NCBI RefSeq assembly: GCF_001194135.2
Contig: NC_068994.1
Location: forward strand, 15,122,216 to 15,186,215
Length of the DNA: 64,000 nucleotides
Direction: 5' to 3'
Source: Octopus bimaculoides
Lineage: Eukaryota
Shown here: one piece after another, positions 11,991 through 23,026 of the stretch
How the letters are laid out: each line of letters opens with the position of its first letter
Position numbering within the stretch: position 1 is the first letter of the stretch
The notes under the pieces: model-generated
Databases searched by the model: none
The model's input: only the letters and a program-made list of their open reading frames with translations
Told to the model about the DNA's origin: nothing
Translations under genes and position numbers: made by a program

Positions 11991-12479
11991 CTTAACTTTC
12001 TGCACTGAAGTATCATTTTTATGCAACTTGCATAGCTTATTCTGAAGCTACATTGGAACAGTGACCTTGGAAACATTCTCCAAAGGGGATGTCTCAATCT
12101 TGTCTCCTTCAGCAAGAAGACATTATTGCTCTTCATATTTTATTCTGTTGATATCTCACTATAATTCTGTATTATTTAGGTGGAAGAGGGGGGAAAATAG
12201 CCTTTCCTGATTAGTTAGGTTGATATTTAAATCAATATTTAAATTTGGAGAAAAATGTGGGCAAAGAGGTTTTTCCAGAGTATTGCATTTCTGAGTAGGA
12301 TAGACGGAGGAATGATTTTTAGTGAGTGAGACACAACAGGGATGGTGATGGGCTTACATACAAAAGCTAAAATAAGTATCAGTAAATGAGAGAGAGTACA
12401 TTCATGGACTATTGGTGTGTTGGTGAATAAGCTTTTTACCTACCAAAAGGACACTTTATTTGGGGAGGTTTTTTTTCTA

Positions 12480-13745
12480 ACACAATCTTGGTTATTTCTT
12501 TGTGTAGCAACAATGTCATCTCATATATGCAGTCAGCCTTCTAATGTGGATCACATTTGTGTTTTGTGGAAGATTAGTAAAATTGATTAGGACTAGGATA
12601 TTTTTTGGTGCTGAAAAGAAAATCTTGACATGGTTTTGCTTACACTGTATATAGTAGTAGCTATAAAAGATTTTCATGTTTAATGATTTTGAACATTTTA
12701 GCTTATTATGTTGAAATTATATTATTAAATGTAATTACTTTGTTTAGTGAAGGAGACCAAGTTGTTTTATCATTAGATTGTGATTGATGTCTGGTGTGAG
12801 ATATCTTGTTAACATGTGGATAATGTCTGCATGAAGAAGGTTAAGGAGTTGTTGGTGGTATCATCTGTGAAGGACTGTGTGGTTAGAAGTGACAGTTAGA
12901 AGGTAGTAAATGTACTAAAAGAACTGTGAGCAAAGTATCACCAAATCCTAAGTATATGACAATGAGTATCTGTTGATGCATATTTGCAGAAGCAGTCTGA
13001 TAAGGACCTTCTAATCTGAGAACTGAGACATTTCATAAGCCGGTAACATTGCTAGAACATTCTTGTGTCAGATTTAGTTTTACTTATGTCAAGAACAACA
13101 CATCCGTTTTAAAGTTCTTGACTTTAAGGGTTCATTGGTGTGTGATATAGAAAAGCAATCGAGGTCTATGGAAGTTGTACTGACAAAAGAGACTTAAAGT
13201 AGTTATTTATAACTCCCCCTATCACTTTTGAAAGGTTGATATTAGGGGTCAGTAGGATTATCACTTTTGAGGGTGGAACACACATGTTTACATAGATTTA
13301 TTAGATACCCCGTAAAGATAGAAGTATTGAAATTTTTTAAAGATGGTAACAAGTTCAGAAGGGTATTTGTTTGAAGGTAATGGACGAAACATTACCAAGG
13401 GCTGGATGACTTTGGATTGAAATGACTAGAAATGGTTTTGGATTTGGCATCTCTTTTGCACATAGATAATGAGGAAGGTTGAGTCAATAAAGAGAATTCA
13501 GCTAGGATTTTGCTGTTTGTAAAATTAGGGGCAAGGCAGACAATAAATGCAGTAGCTGAAGTGTTGTTTGCAATGCCATTTTGATTGAAAATTACTGAAT
13601 AAGGTTGTTATTGTGAACTTTCTAGAGGAGGACGGAAAGCACCAGTGACATCTGCAGGTCAGTATTTGCAAGAAAAGTGATGGCAGGAAGGTAACCAAGG
13701 GTCTGATCCCAATGTTTGCAATAGAGTGAATTTTACTAAAAGGTA
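12480..13745 (-). pseudogene. CR1/L2-like LINE ORF2 remnant in opposite orientation
   Basis: Minus-strand segments read NLSKVIGGVINN (13202-13237), VVLDISK (about 13079-13099) and LIFHKTQM*STLEG*LHI*D (12518-12577, cf. LYKxQxRPxLEYCSHIW). Heavily decayed. Confidence 0.55.
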
Positions 13746-14362
13746 CTTCCAAACAGGTGTTATTTAGCCTGGCAGCATGTTAGGTCTGCTACCCCAAAGT
13801 TCCTCTTTGGATGGCAGTTGCACCTCGAGAAGCAACAGAGTTTGCCAGCCATATGTGGCAAAAAGTCGTAATTTACTTTTCTGATGGTTATCTTGCAGAC
13901 ATTGCAATAGTGTGTGTGTGTGTGTGTGAGACTTTGAAGGGGTATACAACACTTCATGTGTATAGTCCAAACGGAGCCACATACAAAGTATCTGGAGTAT
14001 TATAGGTCGTGTTTGGTATGCAGAGAGGCATGTCAAGAAGGTTTCTCTATCTCAGATGAGTCAGGCTTGAAGTACATGTTCTACATGTGGTTATTAGCAT
14101 GATACATTTTGCTGTTGTCAGTACTTAGACAAAACATCTGGCGTGAGAGGATAAAGAACTCCACAAAAGCACCAAAGGATCTAGTGTCAAACCTGGAGTT
14201 TAAATGCAGTTAAGTAATTACTAATACATTGTTGATCTCAAAAAAAAAAAAAAAAAAAAAAATTAACAATTTATCAGGAGCTACAGTATATTTATTGACC
14301 CCAGTATTAAACAGGTTGTCATACACTATTCAGAAACCCATCTTCCCAAGTTTGAATATATT

Positions 14363-14524
14363 NNNNNNNNNNNNNNNNNNNNNNNNNNNNNNNNNNNNNN
14401 NNNNNNNNNNNNNNNNNNNNNNNNNNNNNNNNNNNNNNNNNNNNNNNNNNNNNNNNNNNNNNNNNNNNNNNNNNNNNNNNNNNNNNNNNNNNNNNNNNNN
14501 NNNNNNNNNNNNNNNNNNNNNNNN
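14363..14524. other. Assembly gap (162 N)
   Basis: N run, about 1.4 kb upstream of the first REEP exon. Confidence 1.
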
Positions 14525-15168
14525 TTTTTTTTTTTTTTTTTTTTTTTTTATTTTTGCCAAGAGCAAGAGAGAAGTCAATTTTTGCTCCAGTATCTTCCAG
14601 TTTTTATATTTATTAAACTAATTGACTAAAAACAAACAAATAAACTGATGCTAAAAGATATGTAATACAGAGACAACAAAAAAAAGTTATCCTACATGTA
14701 AACAAACTGTAACTTCCTGTTTTTGCCTGAAACAATTGGCCAAGGTTACTGCTATAACTTATTTCCTTTCACATTTTTTTATAAACTTCCTTCATTCCAA
14801 AACTATAGAATGTATATCATAATATTGGCGAGTAAAATACTACTGAGATTTATTCTCTAATATAAAGAAGGTACCTATTAAAGATTATCACAAAGTTACT
14901 GGAAAAGGGAGTTTATTTTTAGCTATTGAATGCTAAGTTACCTTGAATTATTAAAATTTTTTTTTTTCTTGAAATATGTGTATATAGTAGTGGTGGTGCT
15001 TGTTGAAATAAGCTTCTGAGAATAAAACTCATCCCACCTATTTAGTAGTTACTGAGGACTGGCATCATAGTACTGCAAAAATATTTTTATTGGTTAGGTG
15101 TGCTGCTGTGTGGAGTATATCTTTTACATTTTAAGCAGTTTCACATGCCTGCAACAAACTGATAAGTA

Positions 15169-15182
15169 GTTACCATAGCAAC
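15169..15182. promoter_or_regulatory. RFX X-box motif GTTACCATAGCAAC
   Basis: Full match to the X-box consensus GTTNCCATRGNAAC, about 770 nt upstream of the first REEP exon. Function is untested. Confidence 0.45.
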
Positions 15183-15951
15183 AAGGCGTGTTTGCTTGCT
15201 CATCTTCATATCAAGGGCATCTGTTTTGTAAAATAAGATCTGAGTAACTGTTTGGCAAGCTTGTCAAAGCCTATTTTTGGAAAGAACCTGCGAATAGCAG
15301 ATTTCCTCCACAGCACATTGCTTTCTCCCTTTCTAACAGGGGATGGCAACCATAGTGATATGCTTGGATATAAAATACTTAAAATTTAGTTCCAACTAAA
15401 TATCTGAAAACTATTCAAATTAGTGTTTTTATGTACATTTAATTTCAAAGTTTACTATTCACATCTGCTTTTCAAATACACAGACATTGACATACTTAAT
15501 TGATATACTGGTCGTTAATGTATTATGGGGGGAATTTTTTTTTTTTTTTTTTTTTTACCTGAACTTTAAACCTCAACATTACACCAGTAATTATTTTACC
15601 ACATTTAAGAACTTATTTACAACCACAGGATTTGATTAACTAAGCTCAAGGTTAACTAGTAACTTTTAAAAAGGAAGGACTAAAAATAATCTGTATGTGA
15701 CCATTACTTAAAGCACCATCAGCTTCTTTTACTACTTTTGGTCATGATCGAATTATGCCGGTCGTAATGCCCTTGAGAGTCTCCGAAGAAAGGAGAAATG
15801 TTATCATAACAAACTAGATGTAGTTCTTATTTTAAGAATTAAAACATAATTTGAGTGTTTTTCAGTCTGTGCTAATGAAAAATGTCTAGATGAAGAATTT
15901 ATTTCTTACAGTTGAGATATTCATGGTTCCATATATTTATGGTACTTGCAG

Positions 15952-16024
15952 ATTGATATTTGGAACATTATATCCAGCATATGCCTCATACAAGGCAGTC
16001 CGGACCAGGAATGTAAGAGAATAT
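15952..16024 (+). CDS. REEP: REEP1-4 subfamily (receptor expression-enhancing protein, TB2/DP1/HVA22 domain) coding exon, equivalent to vertebrate exon 2
   Basis: Acceptor ttgcag ends at 15951 and donor gtaagt starts at 16025. The 73-nt exon is 1 nt plus 24 codons reading LIFGTLYPAYASYKAVRTRNVREY, matching the REEP1-4 motif LIFGTLYPAYxSYKAV. Length and phase match my recollection of vertebrate REEP1 exon 2 (73 nt). The paralog number cannot be assigned. Confidence 0.95.
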
Positions 16025-16899
16025 GTAAGTATAAATGTTTTTATCATCCATTACTTTTTGTTTTTAATTCTGGAAATTTTTAATTCATAATCTATATTTA
16101 AAAAAAACCAATTTTTTTTCTACATTTCCATGAAAAAAATAACAAAAGTTTCTACAAATCTTCAACCATATAGGATCTGAGCCCAGAATCATTGCATTCC
16201 ATTAAATGAATTATTGATGTTTGATTTATTTGCTGTAATTTTTTCTTTTCTTTTTCTTCATTTTCATGATGAGATTTTTATATGCAAAATATATCCCAGT
16301 GGGTCGGTTGCATTTTGTAAAGGTTTAGCAGCTGTTCCTGACTGAATAGGGAGGGAACGTTTTTTTCTCTTTCATTCAGTGCAGGTTATTAATATGATAA
16401 TTCTGAAAGATTATCTGAGTTTACTAGATCTATAATTTGTTATGAATGTGCTAGTTTGAGTTATGTCTTGCTTATGAGTACAGGTCATGAAGTGTTATAT
16501 AGTTTTTTTCTTTTGAAATTCATAGTATTTAGACTTATTGTAGAATGTTTAGGTCATCTTAGTCATGTCAGCTCTGATCAAACAGACCTATAATCACTGT
16601 TGTTCTACTTATAACCGAGTTGCCTTTTTTGTATATGAAGGACTGCATTATCTAATGTGTCCTTTTTTTTTTTTGAGATTGGCTGTGATTTAAGGAAGAT
16701 TCAGTTTCTATTTCTAGCAGATTAAGTAGAGGATTACTTGTTAGCTTGTTTGTGTTCATGTGTAGGTCTAGTAGTACATTAGAGAATATTATTGAAAAAC
16801 CTTATGAAAGGAAAGTAAAGGAGGATTGGTATCATGTATGTAGGAGTGTTAGTAGTTGTCAGGGAGAAAATTATAATTTGATGCTGTTAAAAAATAAAC

Positions 16900-17340
16900 A
16901 AAGAGAAAATATTGCGCACCTTGATTTGTATGGTTTGATGAAAATAAATTTTTTTTTGATCTTGGTGATTAGTGTTGGGTGGGAGCTGTAAGTAGGAGTA
17001 GTACCCAAATATTTGCATGTCAGGCATGGTTTAATGTTTCACTGAGCTACAACTGTCACTAAAATTACTCAATAGTGAGAGACTACTGGTGTGTTAAGTA
17101 GAGTGAGTTAACAGAATTTGGAGAACTTGAATAACTGGTTACTTAGAATTGACATTCAAGGTTGTCTAATACTATTTCTATCACTTCAGAAATGTTTGAT
17201 GTTAGAGTATTCAGCTGGTTAGTTGACAGGGTCCAAGGGTATCTCTCTTGGGGACAGAAAGCACATTTGTTTGTTTCTTTGATAGAGAAAGAGATGGAGA
17301 GAAAGGTTGAAGTATGAAGTAGGGCCAGGAACACAAGGCT
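16900..17340 (-). pseudogene. CR1/L2-like RT remnant
   Basis: The minus strand gives VPKRDTL..PVN and TLTSNISEVIEIVLDN (cf. VPKKGD..DPxNYRPISLTSIISKVME.I..N). The extent is approximate. Confidence 0.45.
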
Positions 17341-17380
17341 TCAACTCGGTGTGAATGCTATAAAGCTTAACCATGTTTAA

Positions 17381-18002
17381 CATCTCAGCATGTAAACTAA
17401 CTATACCCAGCCAAAATATTCTACCTGTTACGTGTTCAAGCTCTCGTGTTCAATGTCTCTCTCCTACCCTTCAATGTCACTGTAAAAATTAAACAATCAC
17501 ATCATCAAAATCTTGAAGCTACATACAAGATAATGCCTAATTAATTCAAAACAATGTGAATAGGCGCAGGAATGGGTGTATGGTAAGTAGCTTGCTTACC
17601 AACCACATGGTTCCAGGTTCAGTCCCACTGCGTGGCACCTTGGGCAAGTGTCTTCTACTATAGCCTTGGGCCGACCAAAGCCTTGTGAGTGGATTTGGTA
17701 GACGGAAACTAAAAGAAGCCCGTCGTATATATGTGTATATATATATATATGTATATATGTGTGTTTGTCCCCCCCACCATCGCTTGACAACCGATGCTGG
17801 AGTGTTTACGTCCCCCGTAACTTAGCGGTTCGGCAAAAAGAGACCGATAGAATAAGTACTAGGCTTACAAAGAATAAGTCCTGGGGTCGATTTACTCGAC
17901 TAAAGGTGGTGCCTCCAGCATGGCCGCAGTCAAATGACTGAAACAAGTAAAAGAGTAAAGAGTAACCATTACACTTGACAGATTAATCTGAATGCTAAAG
18001 GG
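17381..18002 (-). mobile_element. piggyBac-type MITE family P1 interrupted by a SINE
   Basis: TTAA at 17377-80 and 18003-06. The MITE sequence breaks at caatgtgaata|SINE|accattacacttgacag and ends in aatctgaatgctaaaggg-TTAA. Confidence 0.8.
17563..17963 (+). mobile_element. Full-length tRNA-headed SINE family A
   Basis: Pol III A-box-like sequence, B box GGTTCAGTCCC (17616-17626), CORE-like caccttgggcaagtgtctt, internal (TA)/(TG) tract and an aagagt-type tail. Closely similar to 27141-27595. Confidence 0.92.
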
Positions 18003-18502
18003 TTAACTATAGCTGTCAGCTCCTTCATGTGGTGATTTATAAGAGCAGAGTAGCAAGATTATAAAAAACAGAGTTTTAGTCTTGTTTATAAGTATGAAAA
18101 TGTTATGTGAAATTATGTGTATTTATTTTAATTTTTTTCTTTGGCTGAAACCAACTCAATTAATGAATTGTTAATTCAAAAGTGTGTAACACGATCTTTT
18201 TATCTGTAAAACAGAAGTCCTTACTTAATATTTCTAGAGCTGTTGACTATTTTATATCAGTATAATCATATTCCAAGTGGTTAAAATAGCTAACTAGTAT
18301 TAATACTGGCTTACTGACCAACAGTTCACCCACTGACAGCGATATGAATTGAGTCTGGGTTGCCAAAATCAATTTTACTTCTTGCTTCAGTCAGATATAT
18401 GAAAAATAGATTCAGCTTTTTCTTACTTTTGTGCAGTAGACATCTGTATAAAGAGCAACGATCTACTGAATGACGTTTCAATATCAAAATTTATCATAGG
18501 AC

Positions 18503-18708
18503 AGCGAGCTGGTAGAATTGTTAGCCAGCTTAGTGGCATTTCGTTTGTCTTTACATTCTGCACTCAGATTCTGCTGAGGTTGACTTTGCTTTCATCCTTT
18601 TGGGATCAAAAAAATAGGTACCAGTTGAGTGCAGGGGCTGATGTAATTGACTAATCCCTCCCTTGAATTTGCTGACTTTGTGCCAAAATTTGAAATCAGT
18701 ATCAAAAT
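18503..18708 (+). mobile_element. SINE family C
   Basis: gagctggtagaattgttagc…gaggttgactttgctttcatccttt…aggtaccagtt…ggctgatgtaattgact…ccttgaatttgctgactttgtgccaaaatttgaaa. Confidence 0.8.
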
Positions 18709-19130
18709 GTATCTAAATATGTGAATTTGCAAGACACTCCAATTAAACATAGGTATTCATGATTTTTAATTTCTTTCTGATATGGGAAAACTATAAAACA
18801 CACAAGTTTTAACTTTTATCCCATGTGTTGAGCATCATAAGTTAACTGAGGCTATACTGGCGAACGGTGCTAACAAAACTAAAAGCAAGGATCACAAATC
18901 GAGAAGGTAAAAAAAAACTTTTGAAATGCAGTGTTGCACCTGAGTACCGATTAATTAAAATTGGGTAAAGGTAATATGATTGTGGTGGTATGAGGGGAAA
19001 GAAAATTAGTCTGATCTTTAGCAGTGACAATTCCAAACACATTTCAGTCTTCTAAAACATGATTAGAATTACTTTATTTCTAACAGTATCAGTTCTTCTG
19101 GGCTTAATAAAGTACCAGCCAAGTGTTGGA

Positions 19131-19176
<46 letters not shown>
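19131..19176. repeat. (CT)n microsatellite
   Basis: Directly visible. Confidence 0.95.
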
Positions 19177-19177
<1 letters not shown>

Positions 19178-19385
19178 AGAGCTGTTGTTATGCAGGAAGG
19201 GTGAAAGACCACTCACAGTATGCCTTTTTCTGGAAATGGAGGAAGGCTGAATAAAAAGCTATCAAGCTCCTCTCATTGGAAAGCAGTTATGCTGTAAGGC
19301 TACTGGAACTGTCCAAGTGTACTGATGGGCAGTAAAGCATAGAATGAAAGAATTAATTTAAAACATTTTTTTTAAAGACTGTATT

Positions 19386-19680
19386 GAAGGCATGTGCTCT
19401 AGTGGTTAAGGTGTTGCACTCACAATCACTAGATTGTGGGTTTTGATTTCCAGGCCAAGCAAGCATTGTGTTCTTGAGCAAGACACTTCATTTCACATTG
19501 CTCCAGTCTACTCAGATACAAATAAGTAACCCTGCAATGGAGTAGCTTTCTGATCAAGGGGAATATCAGCCTGCTCACCTAGCCAGCAGGGTGGCATCGT
19601 TTGAAGGCTAAAAAACAATGCAAAGCATATTGTGACCAACAATATATAACAACATTCAATAGTCTGGTTGATCACATGAT
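19386..19680 (+). mobile_element. tRNA-headed SINE with a V/CORE-like central domain (family F)
   Basis: A-box-like ctctagtggttaagg and degenerate B box ttttgatttcc, then tgtgttcttgagcaagacactt..ttgctccagtc and aaccctgcaatggagtagc, which resemble V-type SINE central and 3' motifs as I recall them. Confidence 0.6.
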
Positions 19681-20834
19681 ATTGGATGTATGCTAATAAT
19701 ACAGCCTTTCATTTGTTTTATTTTTTTAACTACCTCAACATCAAATTTTGATTGAGCAGTGCTGTTGACATAGCATCCAGAATATGTTGATAGGTTATCA
19801 CTTAGTAATTTGACCAAGAAGTGAAGTTTTCCTTTGTTCTTGTAACTAGCTTTAAGTAAGTTGTTATACTTTTGATGTGGGTAGCAGCATGATTATGATG
19901 GCAACACCAAAATCCAAGGTTCCTATTATTTCTAATAAAATCCATTTTGTCTCAAAAATGTATTTCATAACTAGATTCATAGATATTGATTGTGCGATTG
20001 ATCAATTGAATTCTTCCTAGCTAATTGTCTGGCAATGTTGCTTCAATAAAATGTTCCATTAAATATCATTGGTAGTTAGTTCACTTTCATGTTGTAATTG
20101 CTTTCCTACCCTTTCAATATTCAAAGGCTTCTTGAATAAATTTGAAGATACTGTATCAGTTGATTACTGGGTCTCAAGAGCATGCTAATGTTAACACATT
20201 TTAAAAATTCTTTTCTTTATTCGTTTTTATCATACATATTTTAAAATGATGCTAGCATTTGATGATAGCCAAAAGGAAATAAACCCATTTTATTACTGTG
20301 AAAAATTAATTGATTTTGCACCTTATACTTTAATTTTTTGAAAGTTTCTGTATTGCTTCAAGATAGCAAGCAAAGGTTGATATATATATATATATATTTA
20401 TTTATATATATATATATATTTGTGTATGATGCAGTTTTTAAAAAAATGGAAATGAAGTGTTAGAGCATTAAAAATAGTTGCAACTTTTAGTAGTATAATT
20501 TAAGTTCATTTTCAAATTGATAACTTTTTGCTGCATTGATTTCCTGGAGTAGTTTTTAAGTGTTTCTACTTGTTGTGAAGTTGAAATTTCATACATCTCT
20601 TCTTGAATTCTGCCTGTCTTTCCTATTCATGCTACATCTCCAAAGTTAACATAATTGTTTTCACTGACCACAATTGTTTACCATAAGTATATCATGCTTA
20701 TGTTAGTCCTCAACATTTTCAGTTCTTTCATTATCAGTATGAATTTTCGTTGCTCTAAAGCTTCAGAAATCTAAAATATACAGATGCTTAGTTGCTTTTG
20801 TGATAACTTGTATCTAATATTATACTAAGAGAAG

Positions 20835-21030
20835 GGTACCGAACTGGCAGAATTGTTAGCACGCCAGGCAAAATGCTTACTGGCATTTTCTCTGTCTTTA
20901 TGTCCTGAGGTTGAATTTGCCCTTCATCCTTTCAGAATCGATAAAATAAGTACCAGCTGAACACTGGGGTCAATCTAATCGACTTAGTTCCTTCCCCAAA
21001 ATTTCTGGCTTTGTGCCAAAATTTGAAATT
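20835..21030 (+). mobile_element. SINE family C
   Basis: aactggcagaattgttagcacgccaggcaaaatgctta…ccttcatcctttcagaatcgataaaataagtaccag…ctggggtcaatctaatcgact…gtgccaaaatttgaaa. Confidence 0.85.
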
Positions 21031-21749
21031 GATGACACTAAGATGCATTGTCTAAACTGTAGTAGATAGTAGTATCTTTAAAGCATCAGACAAAAAAAAT
21101 GCCTTGCGATGTTGCATCATTTTACAGTCTAGATTTATATCCTATCTGTGGCGACTGAGCTAGTTGTCTTTTTTGGCTGATTTAACTGGCTGCCTTCTTC
21201 CAAAATTTGTGTCCCTGTTCCAAAATCATTCTTTTAAAATTACAATTGATTTGTGTAGCCTCCAACCACTGACTGACAGTTTATTTTTCATCATTCACGC
21301 TCAATTTCTTTCATTCAACTACTGGATTTCTAACAACTTCAGTTTTTATTGATTTTGCAATTACCAACATACAGGAAATTCTAAGTGCACTTATCAGAGC
21401 AGAACTTTAATGAATATTCATTAAAAATATTGCTAGTCTTAATTCTACAAACAGCATTTTCATACTTTAACTTGCTAGTCTTCATAAGCCTATTATACCT
21501 TATCTTCAAGCTTCATCGAATTCTGTCAAAGGCTTGATATAGGGCAATTGAATCGGAGTATAATTATACAATACCCTTTCTACTGGGAAAATTGCATCTA
21601 ATATCATTCATTAGCCTTGTTAAATAAAATGGCGAAATGTGCCGGCCATCTCAATTCCATCTTATTTTATCACTGCTAAGATAAACCCTCTTTACTGCTA
21701 GCATTATCCAGTCTGTTGGTTTTGGTTCTATTTTAAGATATCTGATTTT

Positions 21750-22098
21750 TATTATTATTATTATTATTATCTTCATTTTTCTGAGTTCAAATTTTGCTGA
21801 GATTGACTTCGGTTTTCATCCTTTCAGGGTCAGTAAAACGCTGGGGTTTGATCTAATCAACTTCTCTTACCCAGAAATTGCTGGCCTTGGCCAAAATTTG
21901 AAATTATTATTATCATTATTAAGACAGCAAGCTGGCAGATTCGTTAGCACACTGGATGAAATGCTTAACGGTATTTCGCCCATTGCTATGTTTTGAGTTC
22001 AAATTCTGCCGAGGTTGACGTTACATTTCATCCTTTGAACACTGGGGTCAATGTAATTGACTCATCCCCTCCCTCTAAGTTGCTGCCCTTGTGGCAAA

Positions 22099-22141
<43 letters not shown>

Positions 22142-22353
22142 TAGCAAACTAGCAGAAGTGTTAGCACAGCAGACAAAATGCTGAGCAGTGTTTCTTCCTG
22201 AATTCTAAATTCAAATTCTGGCAAGGTCAACTTTGCCTTTCATCCTTTTGGTGGGGTTTATAAAATAAAATACCATTCAAATAATAGGGGTCAATGTAAT
22301 TGACTAATCTCTTCCCCCTAGAATTACTGTCCTTGTGCTAAAATTTGAAACAA
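21750..22353 (+). mobile_element. Tandem array of three SINE C copies separated by (ATT)n
   Basis: Units at about 21781-21903 (5'-truncated), 21921-22100 and 22139-22353. (ATT)n runs at 21750-70, 21903-18 and 22100-22137. Confidence 0.85.
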
Positions 22354-22582
22354 GTTATTGCAGATGTCCTTCATTCGTGATTGTTAGCTGTATGACTGAT
22401 ATTGCTTATTAAATTTATGAACTTTATTAAATTGTTCAGTTTAAGGTGTTTTTGTTTGCAGTCTTTATTTCAGTAACTACCCATACAGGTACATCTGTTA
22501 GCAGATGAAATATCTTTTTCCAAAATAGTTACCTTCTCAAGTGTTTGGCCCATGAGTTACAATGCAAAGAGTCCTTCATTAA

Positions 22583-22789
22583 CCCTTACATTACCCTATT
22601 TTTGTTGAAATGCACTATCTTTGTTTGAATTAATTTTGAAAATAATGGAGAATTTATTAAAATAATTTGGTCATTATTGAGCTAATGTTTAGAACATAAA
22701 TTAACATGAAATTTTGACAGAAGGTTCTAATTTAGACAACATTGAAACATGAAGTTTGTATCATAGAAACAGGAGCAATCTCAAAAGTG
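22583..22789. mobile_element. piggyBac-type MITE family P2
   Basis: TTAA-CCCTT at 22579-87 and CAAAAGTG-TTAA at the right end. Colinear with 3528-3731. Confidence 0.75.
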
Positions 22790-23026
22790 TTAATGCATAA
22801 AATTAAGTGAATAGCAAGTTTGATCATAATTAGCATGCTGTATTTGAAGTTTGGATGGCTATTAGTTTGGACTCATATATCCAGATACCTTGTTTAGTTT
22901 CATAGCTTAATGTGTACCAAAACCATATTACTTTAAAATTTAGACCACATTATGCTGTTAGGTTACTACTTGATAATGTCCTAGATATGTTCAAAGCTCA
23001 TCAAAGATGTCTAATGACTAATTATA

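Noticed and set aside
14229-14621. ORFs spanning N runs (also 25660-26112 and 39562-39872)
   Set aside because: They are open only because N codons contain no stops.
15320-15400. Strong-looking acceptor (ttctccctttctaacag) followed by ATGGCAACC
   Set aside because: The ATG frame (MATIVICLDIKYLKFSSN*) stops quickly, has no REEP similarity and has no convincing donor.
1-15900. Canonical REEP exon 1 (ATG plus 29 nt, MVSxxxSRxxx, then GT)
   Set aside because: No candidate was found by eye. It is probably upstream of the window, though it could be hidden in the gap at 14363-14524.
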